DNA of 64,000 nt from positions 120,333 to 184,332 of IMG/VR virus record IMGVR_UViG_3300028260_000001; one strand, written 5' to 3'. Made by a program: the position numbers and the translations under genes. The notes beneath the pieces are model-generated. The model was not told the DNA's origin. It saw only the letters and a program-made list of their open reading frames with translations, and did not search any database. This stretch comes from a virus. Taxonomy: Duplodnaviria > Heunggongvirae > Uroviricota > Caudoviricetes. Position 1 is the first letter of the stretch. Every line of letters starts with the position of its first letter. Shown here piece by piece: positions 28,191 through 37,410 of this stretch.

Positions 28191-28624
28191 GACTTGAAGA
28201 AACCGAAATAGGTACGTTCTTCTAGAAGTTCTACTATGATGGGTCCTTTCTTCCAGTTATGGACTGTTTCCATCTTTAGGATGGAACCATCTTCATAGAA
28301 ACTGTAGACCCCCTTCGCATCTGCATATGAATCATACTTGGCCGCAAAGCGTAGATATTCGTTCATTCCCCACACACTACCGGGCTCACGTATACCTACC
28401 TTACCATTGGCATCGGCAAAGCATTGATACTCATGTTTCCACCGGACTTCAAGTCCTTTGAAGTACTTGTAGCGAAAGCGAATAACATAACGGCCACCCA
28501 GCCCACGAGTAGACGAATTGTTATATCGGCAGTCTTGCCAGTAACCGACAATACCAATCGATCCCAACAGTGCAGAAAGTCCCAGTGCACCGATAGCAAA
28601 CCAACCATAGATACCAATTTCCAT
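28157..28624 (-). CDS. hypothetical membrane/secreted protein
   Basis: N-terminal hydrophobic segment. Confidence 0.45.
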   Translation of the reverse strand: MEIGIYGWFAIGALGLSALLGSIGIVGYWQDCRYNNSSTRGLGGRYVIRFRYKYFKGLEVRWKHEYQCFADANGKVGIREPGSVWGMNEYLRFAAKYDSYADAKGVYSFYEDGSILKMETVHNWKKGPIIVELLEERTYFGFFKSWYTLHSVEMK

Positions 28625-28654
28625 CGTACTTCCTTAGTTTCACACAAAAAGAAA

Positions 28655-28674
28655 ATGGGCCCCGAAGGGCCCAT
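28655..28674 (-). repeat. hairpin (ATGGGCC-CGAA-GGCCCAT)
   Basis: Family member. Confidence 0.5.
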
Positions 28675-28677
28675 CTT

Positions 28678-29055
28678 TTAAGGCTGGGCGTCCACCACTA
28701 GCTTCCGGAAACCAACGGAGGCTTTGTGATGAACGGCATCGGCCTTAAAGATGATTTTGATGAAGCGTTGCAGCGCAAACTGCTTAAGCTCGGTGTCCGG
28801 GGTGTAGATGAGGTTTTCGAAACCAACACCTACCCAAACAACCAGAAACTTTACGTGATCTTCTTTAACATCCATACGGATGCTGGTAACCTTACGATCT
28901 GGATTTACAACAAACAGATCGAAAAGTGGAGATTCGGGGCCAAGGTGCTCATGGTACTGGCGCAGCGTTTCAGTCAGTGCATCATTGTGTTTTGCAACGT
29001 GCTTCGGGAGAGCTGCAGCAATTTGTTCTTTAGTAGGCATATCGTGTTGCTCCAT
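28678..29055 (-). CDS. hypothetical protein
   Basis: Possible true start at the second Met (MPTKEQ) with GGAG RBS. Confidence 0.5.
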   Translation of the reverse strand: MEQHDMPTKEQIAAALPKHVAKHNDALTETLRQYHEHLGPESPLFDLFVVNPDRKVTSIRMDVKEDHVKFLVVWVGVGFENLIYTPDTELKQFALQRFIKIIFKADAVHHKASVGFRKLVVDAQP

Positions 29056-29071
29056 AGTTTTCTTAATCCAC

Positions 29072-29088
29072 GAAAGTAATATAGGCTT
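29072..29088 (-). promoter_or_regulatory. promoter-like motif (sense: AAAAGCCTATATTACTTTCG)
   Basis: CTATATTACT family; shares a 29-mer with 41698-41726. Confidence 0.45.
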
Positions 29089-29117
29089 TTAAAATGTTTA
29101 AATCAAGTCTTTTCTTC

Positions 29118-29156
29118 AAAAAAAAAATACGGCATAAAGCTTCCCCGAAGGGAAGC
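29118..29156 (-). terminator. intrinsic terminator (GCTTCCC-CGAA-GGGAAGC + CTTTATGCCGTA + U10)
   Basis: Stable UUCG hairpin followed by a T10 run on the minus strand. Confidence 0.7.
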
Positions 29157-29163
29157 AGTATGA

Positions 29164-29712
29164 TTAAGCAGTAACGGTAACAGTCTTGGTGACGCTGTAC
29201 TTGCCAGCTTCAGCAATGGTGATAACCGAGGTACCGGCTTCAACACCAGTAACCAGACCAGTCGAATTAACGGTGGCCTTAGCGGTGCTACCAGAAGTGA
29301 AGGTCGGCGATGCGGTGTATGGCTGGCCGTTCTTGGTGACGGTTACAACCAGTTGTACGGTAGCGCCAACAGCAGCGCTAGGCGAGGCTGGAGTTACAGT
29401 AGCAACGTAGACGTCAGGTACGACTGGAGCAGCTTTGTCAGCGAAAGAAACAACTACACGAGTAGCTTCTTGGGTGACAACTACTTGTTCCCAGCCAGCA
29501 GCTTCAACAGCTTCTTTCAAAGCGGCTTGAGCAGCAACGGTCAGAACAGTCTTATCGACAATCACTTTCAGGTTGTGAGTTTCGATTTCATCGTTGCCGA
29601 GGTAATCGATAACACGTTGGGTAGTCAGGTGCGCATTGATCGCTTCTTCGAGTGGAGCATTGTCCAGTTCGATACGTTGTGCAACAGCAGCAGCTTGAGT
29701 TAGAATAGCCAT
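29164..29712 (-). CDS. Ig-like (Big_2-type) domain protein, possibly a capsid/tail decoration protein
   Basis: C-terminal Thr/Val-rich beta-sandwich signature (ATVNSTGLVTGVEAGTSVITI). Confidence 0.6.
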   Translation of the reverse strand: MAILTQAAAVAQRIELDNAPLEEAINAHLTTQRVIDYLGNDEIETHNLKVIVDKTVLTVAAQAALKEAVEAAGWEQVVVTQEATRVVVSFADKAAPVVPDVYVATVTPASPSAAVGATVQLVVTVTKNGQPYTASPTFTSGSTAKATVNSTGLVTGVEAGTSVITIAEAGKYSVTKTVTVTA

Positions 29713-29773
29713 AGTGGGCTCCTTTGTGATCTCAGAGGAATCTACATAGGTAGATACATAAGATCACACACCC

Positions 29774-30052
29774 TCAGCTATTAATGTAACTTGCCCACAT
29801 GTCGGCAATAGGAACGATGTCTGGTTCATCACCAGACAGATCAACGTTCAGCATGCGCTCACGACCATCGGTCATTACTACCGAGCAGTTATCGATACTG
29901 ACCAACGTAGCTTCTACGCCAGCGTCCATACCCATTCGGTAAGCTTGGGACATGGTAGCCCCTTTAGCAAACGCCGGAATGTTACGGTCATTTACTTGAG
30001 TTTGGATTTCAGAGAAGAAAGCTACACGAGCAACACGTGAGCTTTCAACCAT
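29774..30052 (-). CDS. hypothetical protein (start uncertain)
   Basis: ORF 29774-30217 overlaps the upstream gene; ATG at 30052 or GTG at 30136. Confidence 0.3.
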   Translation of the reverse strand: MVESSRVARVAFFSEIQTQVNDRNIPAFAKGATMSQAYRMGMDAGVEATLVSIDNCSVVMTDGRERMLNVDLSGDEPDIVPIADMWASYINS

Positions 30053-30119
30053 CTTCCGTTCCAGGTCTTTAAGAACAGCATGCGCGTGTTCGAGTTCTTG
30101 CCGTGTTACGGCTGGTGCA

Positions 30120-30572
30120 TTAATCGTGTCGCTCACAAGCGGAGTCCTCGATGATTGGTTCGATTTCGGTGATAGAGATTTTCTTGAACTTCTCGGTAAT
30201 AGCCAATTGACCACCAACGAGTTGTTCGATTTCTACACCGAAGTCATAAGCACATTGTTCTTTATCACGGATATTCCAAGCGTGCTGGTCAGCTGCACCG
30301 AAAGCACCCAGACGACCAGACTCGTCATACTCAAGGAACAGCGGTTGTTCCAACATGGCAATAGCATCAACACCATGTCGTTTGAAACGGAACCCGGTGA
30401 ACCATGTTCTTTTGGGCGTGTGTACGACTTCAGGGAAATCGTTATCAACCCATTCTTTCAATCCGCCACCTTGGATGTTGATGAGATACACCCAGGTGTA
30501 GTATGCCACAAGTGCAACAATGACGATACATACGGCAGTAACGGTGACGGTAGGCGAAGGCAGCGTAAACAT
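30120..30572 (-). CDS. hypothetical membrane-anchored protein
   Basis: N-terminal TM. Confidence 0.45.
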   Translation of the reverse strand: MFTLPSPTVTVTAVCIVIVALVAYYTWVYLINIQGGGLKEWVDNDFPEVVHTPKRTWFTGFRFKRHGVDAIAMLEQPLFLEYDESGRLGAFGAADQHAWNIRDKEQCAYDFGVEIEQLVGGQLAITEKFKKISITEIEPIIEDSACERHD

Positions 30573-30739
30573 TTCGGATTCCTGTTAGGTCATTTTGGTG
30601 TAGAGGACAAAAGAGATGTAAAGCAAGCCTACCGCTGCGAGCCCGATAGGTGCACGATAAGCATAGACAAACGAGAGCAGTTTTTGTTTCATTGCAAAGT
30701 TCCTGGTTGTGGTACATACCAGAAAGCAGTGCGTATTTA

Positions 30740-30976
30740 TTAATCGAAAAACAACCCAACGTATTCGTAAAACTTGCTGGTCATTGGTGCAAAGTTCTCA
30801 TGCTCTTTAGGCACACGCACAATGTCGATGTAATCCATCACTTGTGCAGCCCCTTCAACCCTTAGGCGATCTGCACCAGCTTCACCATCGGACTGGGCAG
30901 ACATGTGTTTGGCTAAGCCTTCTAAGAAAGCTTCCTGATCGTTGATGACAATCATGGGTTGTTTGACAGTGCTCAT
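30740..30976 (-). CDS. hypothetical protein
   Basis: Start at MSTVKQ. Confidence 0.4.
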   Translation of the reverse strand: MSTVKQPMIVINDQEAFLEGLAKHMSAQSDGEAGADRLRVEGAAQVMDYIDIVRVPKEHENFAPMTSKFYEYVGLFFD

Positions 30977-30977
30977 G

Positions 30978-31262
30978 TTACTCTCGCTCCGAACGTTCTT
31001 TAATAACGGTATCCCGATACACCCGTGGGTCTTCCATTGCTTTAGAATACACGAATTCGTGCCACCCTTCATAAATAGCTTGCGGTAGATGGCCAGCTTC
31101 AGCCATCGTACGGAAACCTAGGGTAATACCGTGGAGTATCCCATGTCGTTGACCATTGTAATAGCCAAGCATGATAGGACATGGATCTTGATGGTTCTCT
31201 GCGTACGACTTACCCTGAGACTCTACGATCATGTCATGGAATAGTTCTCTGTAATCTGTCAC
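30978..31262 (-). CDS. hypothetical protein
   Basis: 94 aa. Confidence 0.45.
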   Translation of the reverse strand: MTDYRELFHDMIVESQGKSYAENHQDPCPIMLGYYNGQRHGILHGITLGFRTMAEAGHLPQAIYEGWHEFVYSKAMEDPRVYRDTVIKERSERE

Positions 31263-31489
31263 ACTGCGGTTTCCTCAGGGTTAGCGTAGAATATATCAAC
31301 GTGCTTTTGGAACTCTTCTGAGATCATACTTGTGTTAGATTCACCAGACGAGATGGTGAGCTCAAAGTAATCCAGAGCAAGCTTAGTCCCTAGGTGAACA
31401 GACCTAAGCTCAGATTCATCCACATGGGGGAGTGCATCATGAATGTATGCCACCAAACCAGAAAAGAATTTATCATTATTACCAAACAT
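31259..31489 (-). CDS. hypothetical protein
   Basis: Start at MFGNND. Confidence 0.4.
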   Translation of the reverse strand: MFGNNDKFFSGLVAYIHDALPHVDESELRSVHLGTKLALDYFELTISSGESNTSMISEEFQKHVDIFYANPEETAV

Positions 31490-31510
31490 AAGAAACCTCG
31501 AAAAAAGAAA

Positions 31511-31537
31511 CGGCAGAAAGCCTCCCCGAAGGGAGGC
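31511..31537 (-). repeat. hairpin cassette (GGCAGAAA + GCCTCCC-CGAA-GGGAGGC)
   Basis: Same 18-mer hairpin as at 36085 and 63509. Confidence 0.55.
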
Positions 31538-31544
31538 ATCTGTA

Positions 31545-32408
31545 TTACTTGCCGAACATGCGGTTAGACATGCCCGAGGTACCGATAGCTTCGTATGGCA
31601 CGAAGATAGCAGCGTTGTTCTTAGCCATTTCGCCTTGAACTTCCAGGGCTTTGTATTGCAGCAGGCGATCACTCAGGCCATCAGCAGTGATGGCGTTGGA
31701 GTCACGCAGGGTCTTGGCTTTAGTTAGCTCGATATCGCGATCCAGTTGGGCCAGCGCCAGAGCGTTGGTACGCTTGGCAGTTTCGATGGCTTGCTGGTTG
31801 GTTTCGGTTTCGATAGCCAGCTTACGCTCGGATTGTTTCTCGATGGCATCGGTAATAACTTTAGGGTATTGCAGGTTACCCAGAGTTACGTTGGAAACTT
31901 CCAGAGGAGAAGAGGCCATTGCTTTAACCAGACGATCGCCGAGGTCTTTGGTGATGTTGTCGAAGTTGGCAGCTACGTCTTCGGTTTTGTACTTGCCTAC
32001 AACCGAACGGGAAACCGACTGCACTACGTCCAGACCGTAGACACCGTAGACTTGCTGCAGAGTAACGCGTTTGTCTTTGACCTGGATGTCGTTGAACATC
32101 TGGTTAAGAATTTTCTCGTTACCACCGATACGAGTACGGAACTTGACGTCGAAAGTCAGGTCCAGTTTGTCTTCCATCTTCACGGTGATGGTTTCGGCAA
32201 CGGTGCGAGTACCGGTTTCCAGCAAGACCAGTTCATCACGGCCCCACAGAGTTTCTTTACCTGGTTCCAGGATCTCTGGGTTGTAGCCTGAGGTGGTCAG
32301 GACCTTACCTTTGTAAGCAGGTGGGATGACTTCGAACGAGCAGCCTTGCAGTGCAACGACAGCAACCATGGCGAGTGCAGCAGATTTGATAACAGACAGC
32401 AGTTTCAT
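31545..32408 (-). CDS. SPFH/band-7 (prohibitin/HflKC-like) domain lipoprotein
   Basis: Lipobox LQGCS; SPFH-like core and C-terminal coiled-coil AIETAKRTNALALAQLDRD. Confidence 0.7.
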   Translation of the reverse strand: MKLLSVIKSAALAMVAVVALQGCSFEVIPPAYKGKVLTTSGYNPEILEPGKETLWGRDELVLLETGTRTVAETITVKMEDKLDLTFDVKFRTRIGGNEKILNQMFNDIQVKDKRVTLQQVYGVYGLDVVQSVSRSVVGKYKTEDVAANFDNITKDLGDRLVKAMASSPLEVSNVTLGNLQYPKVITDAIEKQSERKLAIETETNQQAIETAKRTNALALAQLDRDIELTKAKTLRDSNAITADGLSDRLLQYKALEVQGEMAKNNAAIFVPYEAIGTSGMSNRMFGK

Positions 32409-32469
32409 GCAGCTATTCCTTTTGAATTTGAGAGGTGCAGCAGACAGCCCGACTTATCGGGCTATCGAA

Positions 32470-32820
32470 TTATTTGTCGAGATTGCCAGCGTCAATTTCT
32501 TTACGCAGTTCAGCAGCAGCTTTCTTTGTCGACTCAGGAGAAGCGGATTCAGGACGAACCACTTCACGCTTTTCGGTCAGTGTACCAACCTGATCGAAGC
32601 GAGCACGATCGCCTTGGACTTGATGGACGCCGACGTTGATGAAGCTACCAGTCCAAAGCACGAGGACTGCGATGCTCAGCAGCCAACGCCATTTGGCGGT
32701 AATACCAGCGACCAGTTCGGCTTTCGAACGGATCAGCCAGATACCCAGGGTGACGATCAAGGCAATGCCCATGACCGCACCGATAACACTACCTTGCCAG
32801 TAAACAGGGAAGTCCATCAT
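32470..32820 (-). CDS. membrane protein, putative SPFH partner
   Basis: Three TM helices; located immediately upstream of the SPFH gene. Confidence 0.5.
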   Translation of the reverse strand: MMDFPVYWQGSVIGAVMGIALIVTLGIWLIRSKAELVAGITAKWRWLLSIAVLVLWTGSFINVGVHQVQGDRARFDQVGTLTEKREVVRPESASPESTKKAAAELRKEIDAGNLDK

Positions 32821-32826
32821 TGTTCC

Positions 32827-33453
32827 TTACGAGTTAACGGTCTCAGCCCAGGAAGCATTCAGCGATTCGCTCAGACCTTGAACAGTGGAGATGCCACCCG
32901 ATGCAAAGGCTTCTTCCAGAACGACAACGGTGCCGGTGATGGCGGTGTTGACAGCCAGGGTCTTGTCTTCAACAGCCAGTGCTTCGGTGCGCATGACGTT
33001 GATTGCGGCAACTACAGCAGCGTTGTTTTCGGTGGTGGTGTTGCCAGCTTGAGTATCGGACATTACAGAGTTCCTTGTTTGAGTGTTCCAGAGGTTTAGA
33101 TGTAAACCCCAGAGTTCGGTATGGCCACAGTCGACCATTCTGACTTGATTGTTGATGGTGCACGCTGTGTCTGTGATCGCATCTTGTAACGCGGCACTGA
33201 TCACTGCATGGTATTGCATTGGCAAGTGATTTTTTGCACGAGCCAATACATCGTCACGAACATCACGAAGTTGTGGGCGTAGATACTCCAGTGCAAATGA
33301 CGGAGTTTCATACGCTGTCCATGACATGTCGTCATCTGTAGACGGGTGAGGGATACCTAGGGCATGTAGTTCTGAAGCTGTCTCGTATGTGAGACTACTC
33401 TGATCGTACTTATCCTCCCACTCGTCTTGTGTAGGTAGGGGATCAAGAACCAA
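32827..33453 (-). CDS. hypothetical acidic protein; C-terminal third belongs to the ETxNS paralog family
   Basis: Ends ...SWAETVNS. Confidence 0.45.
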   Translation of the reverse strand: MVLDPLPTQDEWEDKYDQSSLTYETASELHALGIPHPSTDDDMSWTAYETPSFALEYLRPQLRDVRDDVLARAKNHLPMQYHAVISAALQDAITDTACTINNQVRMVDCGHTELWGLHLNLWNTQTRNSVMSDTQAGNTTTENNAAVVAAINVMRTEALAVEDKTLAVNTAITGTVVVLEEAFASGGISTVQGLSESLNASWAETVNS

Positions 33454-33679
33454 AGAAATCCTCCAGTGCCTGTTCTTCTTCTGCCGTGGAAATCGCTTTC
33501 ATCGATTCCAATACGCGCGATTGGAAATCAGGTTCGAGGATACCAGCAGCAGTAAGGGCGTTCAGAGCTCCCTCAAGCCCCGGAGCGTGGCGTTCGAAGT
33601 CTTCGCCATGTTGGTCACGGGCCCAGTTGATGAACTGCTGTGCAGCGATATCTACAGCTTCATCAGTGATCTGGCTCAT
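33443..33679 (-). CDS. hypothetical small acidic protein
   Basis: 78 aa. Confidence 0.45.
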   Translation of the reverse strand: MSQITDEAVDIAAQQFINWARDQHGEDFERHAPGLEGALNALTAAGILEPDFQSRVLESMKAISTAEEEQALEDFFGS

Positions 33680-33939
33680 GAGTTGACTTCTTCGATGAAA
33701 CGATCGGCTGCCCCCATGAACTCAGTAGCGCAACCTTCAGCCGATACTTCCAGGCAGAAAGCATTTTCATACACACGCGCCGTTTCAGCAATGGCGTGGA
33801 CAATGCCTTGTTCTTGCGGCAATGCGCTGGCTTCGATACGAATACCTACCAACGAATCCAGGATTTCTTTTTGCTTTGCATCGTTAGCATCTGCAACCGA
33901 AGCAGCTACCGCGTCAATGTTTTCTTGTGTGAGGGCCAT
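33676..33939 (-). CDS. small acidic protein, ETxNS paralog family
   Basis: Ends ...FIEEVNS. Confidence 0.45.
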   Translation of the reverse strand: MALTQENIDAVAASVADANDAKQKEILDSLVGIRIEASALPQEQGIVHAIAETARVYENAFCLEVSAEGCATEFMGAADRFIEEVNS

Positions 33940-33948
33940 CTCAGTTCT

Positions 33949-34233
33949 CTACGAGTTAATGGTTTCGATGTACGCTTCGACTAGTTCATCTTCATCGAAG
34001 AATGGGGTGCTACCCAGGTTGTAACCAGCTGGGCAAATTTGTGCTGCACTATCGATGACACGCAACGTACCGATAGTTGTGTTTTGAATCGCTTGCTGCA
34101 CTGCTACGGATTGATCAATAGTAAAACCGAGGTCTTGGCTATCGAGTTCATCCTGAACAGTTTTGTTCATTTCCAACAGACCAGTGAGAATGTGATCTCG
34201 TGCCGCAGTCATGCTGTTGAAGGGTTTGCTCAT
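33949..34233 (-). CDS. small acidic protein, ETxNS paralog family
   Basis: Ends ...YIETINS. Confidence 0.45.
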   Translation of the reverse strand: MSKPFNSMTAARDHILTGLLEMNKTVQDELDSQDLGFTIDQSVAVQQAIQNTTIGTLRVIDSAAQICPAGYNLGSTPFFDEDELVEAYIETINS

Positions 34234-34415
34234 ACGTGTACATCCACGAGGTATTCTGGGTTAGGTTTCAATACCAGTTTGTCAGCTCCTTCTTGGGGCT
34301 CTGGACTAGTGGTTTTTGCCTCTTCGCGTTTATGTCGAATCAACAATGCGCCACCAGCCACAGAAGCCAAAACTTCTTCAAACGACAGGTTTTCTGGGAA
34401 AGGTTCTTTTGCCAT
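34230..34415 (-). CDS. hypothetical small protein
   Basis: 61 aa. Confidence 0.35.
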   Translation of the reverse strand: MAKEPFPENLSFEEVLASVAGGALLIRHKREEAKTTSPEPQEGADKLVLKPNPEYLVDVHV

Positions 34416-34459
34416 TTCTTAGTCCTCCATGGAATTAGATAACCTGCGTAAAAAGTTTC

Positions 34460-34822
34460 TTACGAAGCCAGGTGGGCTATGCCTTTATCACTAGGCCAAC
34501 CTTCGAGATTGTAGGCGGTATGCTCGATGATCGCATCACCGATTTGAGCCGGTGGAGGGATGATACCCGCCAGCGAGTTCTGATCAGAAGCCAAGGCTAC
34601 TGCACGACGCGCTTCAGCATCTGGTACGAACAGATACTGGTAGTATTCGCCACGATCCGAATACGCCCAGATTTCCATACCCTGTTGTTGCATGACTTCC
34701 GCAAATTTCTTCACGGTTTCATTGTCATCCTTACGGAACGAACATACCACATCACCCGGACGGAAGATATCCACAGCGGCGAGATCAAACACGGCATCCA
34801 TCCTCTTGGTTATATTCGTCAA
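34460..34822 (-). CDS. hypothetical protein
   Basis: 120 aa. Confidence 0.45.
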   Translation of the reverse strand: MTNITKRMDAVFDLAAVDIFRPGDVVCSFRKDDNETVKKFAEVMQQQGMEIWAYSDRGEYYQYLFVPDAEARRAVALASDQNSLAGIIPPPAQIGDAIIEHTAYNLEGWPSDKGIAHLAS

Positions 34823-35150
34823 TTTGAGCCCAGTATTCCTCGTAGCGTTCTACGGTCGGAAGGGCGTATTCAATAGCTGTACCCAGATCACGACTAGGGG
34901 CATCGTAGAATTCGATAGCGATGAAGCCAAGAGAACGGAGTTCTTGGATGATCTTCTTACCAGCCAGCGATTCACTGCGGATGTCTACTGGGTGGTGAAT
35001 AATGAATACCAGACCGTTGTGGGTAACACGAGCGGGACCTGGGATTGGTTTCTCGTAGTGCTTTTCCATCACGGCATCGATAACAGCTTTAGCGATGCTT
35101 TCCTGGATTTCTACGACATGCTTGTCAGCATCTTGGTACATATGGCACAT
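34785..35150 (-). CDS. hypothetical protein
   Basis: 121 aa. Confidence 0.45.
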   Translation of the reverse strand: MCHMYQDADKHVVEIQESIAKAVIDAVMEKHYEKPIPGPARVTHNGLVFIIHHPVDIRSESLAGKKIIQELRSLGFIAIEFYDAPSRDLGTAIEYALPTVERYEEYWAQIDEYNQEDGCRV

Positions 35151-35488
35151 TACTTTGGATCGCTCTTCAGGACAGTAAGGGACATACGGGTGAACCCGTC
35201 TTCGAAAGCATTGTAGTCATTGAAATGCACAATGCTGAATTCTTTATCTGCAAGCTTGTCACGCACAGCATGCTGCACGTATTCAGAAACATGGAATGGC
35301 AATTCAATATACCACTTCCATGCGTTCTGGTTATCTTGAACGTTCAGGAAAGGGTCGTAACCCTGATCGCCGCAGAATACAGCAACGACGAGTTCCAGGA
35401 TTTGTTTCACTTCATGAGCGGTACCACGTTCGATGAGTTCATTCCGATTAGGAATGTTACTCAACAACTGTTCAATGACATTTGCCAA
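35150..35488 (-). CDS. hypothetical protein
   Basis: 112 aa. Confidence 0.45.
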   Translation of the reverse strand: MANVIEQLLSNIPNRNELIERGTAHEVKQILELVVAVFCGDQGYDPFLNVQDNQNAWKWYIELPFHVSEYVQHAVRDKLADKEFSIVHFNDYNAFEDGFTRMSLTVLKSDPK

Positions 35489-35984
35489 CTTTCATTCGCC
35501 TCAATATCTCGATGATCTGCCCATCGAATTGATTAGTTTCAATTGCGTCTGTAATACATACCAGACCTGGTTCCATTTGTTGCACATGCCACTTGATTGC
35601 TGCATTTAAAACGATTAACGCCATAATCGGAGAACTGTTGTTACACAATTCTCCAAGTACGTGAAAATTCTGATCCGGTGTTAGCGGTTCCAACCACTGT
35701 CGGTACGCTGGTATTGCGGCTTGCCCATAGCCTCGCCCAACCGCGTCACAGGCTTGGGTGGAGGTGCAAACGAAAGTACTCGACGGTTTGCTGCATGTTG
35801 AGTTTGATCGTCTGCCAGTTGCTGCGAATGCTGATACATGTTGCGTGTCCCCGTTGCGGTCTATTAGTTCAAGAGTAGGGCGAACATAGAGACGGATGAC
35901 CCCATCAGGATCAAGTTGCCATTCTCCACGAACAATAGCCAACCGTGCATAAGCCATTGCTGCTCCTATATCAAATACACGCAA
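35472..35984 (-). CDS. hypothetical protein
   Basis: 170 aa; first gene after the 36032 promoter motif. Confidence 0.45.
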   Translation of the reverse strand: MRVFDIGAAMAYARLAIVRGEWQLDPDGVIRLYVRPTLELIDRNGDTQHVSAFAATGRRSNSTCSKPSSTFVCTSTQACDAVGRGYGQAAIPAYRQWLEPLTPDQNFHVLGELCNNSSPIMALIVLNAAIKWHVQQMEPGLVCITDAIETNQFDGQIIEILRRMKVGKCH

Positions 35985-36031
35985 GTAGTTTACTACAAGC
36001 TTTTGCCTTGCTCCTATAACAGATGCATCAC

Positions 36032-36048
36032 GAGAGTAATATAGATTT
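36032..36048 (-). promoter_or_regulatory. promoter-like motif (sense: AAATCTATATTACTCTCG)
   Basis: CTATATTACT family, directly downstream of terminator 36065-36102. Confidence 0.45.
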
Positions 36049-36064
36049 GAGATTTTTTGGAGTC

Positions 36065-36102
36065 AAAAAAAAAATAGCATAGAAGCCTCCCCGAAGGGAG
36101 GC
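36065..36102 (-). terminator. intrinsic terminator (GCCTCCC-CGAA-GGGAGGC + ...U10)
   Basis: UUCG hairpin + T10 on the minus strand. Confidence 0.7.
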
Positions 36103-36109
36103 ATTCTAT

Positions 36110-36529
36110 TTAGCGCTTAGGAACTTCGTATAACGAGTTCTCCGATGTAGCGCACAGTTGTTTCATTCGCACGCCAAACAATTGCATCTGGTTATAGCGT
36201 GGAAGGATCTTCTTCAGGTCCTTTACTTCTTTGGAATCATATTTAGCCAACGTGGTGGGGATAGCTGACCGAACCATGTACGTAGCCAAATACAGATCTG
36301 GTTCATCCGTACTACGTTCGAGTTCGCCGTCAAACCATGCTGTAGCTTGATTGTCCCCGAGAGCCTTTTGTAAGACCACTGCAGACTGTGACAACGTTTC
36401 CACGTAGTTACAAGCCTTAGGAGTGATACGTAGGAACTCGGTTTCTTCTGCGTGTGCAGGCCAACATGCAATACCGGCAAACACCAGTGACATGTATATC
36501 AGCATCACACGGAAAGCACCAGCGGTCAT
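36110..36529 (-). CDS. hypothetical secreted protein
   Basis: Signal peptide ...AGIACWPAHA. Confidence 0.5.
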   Translation of the reverse strand: MTAGAFRVMLIYMSLVFAGIACWPAHAEETEFLRITPKACNYVETLSQSAVVLQKALGDNQATAWFDGELERSTDEPDLYLATYMVRSAIPTTLAKYDSKEVKDLKKILPRYNQMQLFGVRMKQLCATSENSLYEVPKR

Positions 36530-36990
36530 TCGCTGATACCATCGATCTTCAGTGGATCCATGGTTTCATCTGGCATAACTCGATTGTCCAGGTTATAGCA
36601 CACAGCTTGGACGTCGTAATGTTTGGCTTGCATCTCACGATGCTTGAGCATTACGTACTGTTCCTTCTTATCGAAGTCTGGCGGCAATACGGTCAGTTCC
36701 AGCTTGTAGCCTTGCTGGATCAAACGGGTAGCCAGTTCACGAGGACCGTTGTACGGATCGATTGGCTTTTCGATGCCATCGATCTCAGCATCATAGCGGA
36801 GCATCGATTCGTAGTGGCGACGTACAATGTCCTCGCCACGAGCGTTGTCAACAATGATCCACAACACCGCGTGGTCATGGCCCATGGCTGGAGTTGCAAC
36901 GGTGTTCAGTGACTTGCGGAAAAGATCTTCAGCGGATACATAGCGATCGCCGAAGTTATCACGCAGTGCACGAATCAGGGAGAGTTCCAT
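36526..36990 (-). CDS. hypothetical protein
   Basis: 154 aa. Confidence 0.5.
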   Translation of the reverse strand: MELSLIRALRDNFGDRYVSAEDLFRKSLNTVATPAMGHDHAVLWIIVDNARGEDIVRRHYESMLRYDAEIDGIEKPIDPYNGPRELATRLIQQGYKLELTVLPPDFDKKEQYVMLKHREMQAKHYDVQAVCYNLDNRVMPDETMDPLKIDGISE

Positions 36991-36993
36991 AGC

Positions 36994-37410
36994 TTATTTC
37001 CTTACTACCATAAATTCTTGGTTTACAGAGTCCAGACAATTGTTCATGGACTTCTGGCGGATGACACCTTCTTTATACGCTTTGCTCAAGGCAACACGTA
37101 GATTTGAAACATTCAGCTTTGTCCACAAAACCCCGAGGTATCCTTGTGGTTCTACATTTACATCCGGTGTAACAGAATCCAACCACGACATGATTTCGAT
37201 GTTCGATTTACCATCCTGAATCAGATGGATGGTATCACGTGCGTATTGATCAGCGACTTGACAACTGGTTGCCGTAAGTGCTACCTTATTATCCTGCATA
37301 GCCATGACGGGATGACACGTAGTCATCCCCAACATAGCGACAGTACCCAACAGCAACTTGAGAAATCGCATCAGTCTCTCCAGAAATGATTCTTCGGATC
37401 GAACAGCCAA
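36994..37410 (-). CDS. hypothetical secreted protein
   Basis: Signal peptide. Confidence 0.5.
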   Translation of the reverse strand: MAVRSEESFLERLMRFLKLLLGTVAMLGMTTCHPVMAMQDNKVALTATSCQVADQYARDTIHLIQDGKSNIEIMSWLDSVTPDVNVEPQGYLGVLWTKLNVSNLRVALSKAYKEGVIRQKSMNNCLDSVNQEFMVVRK

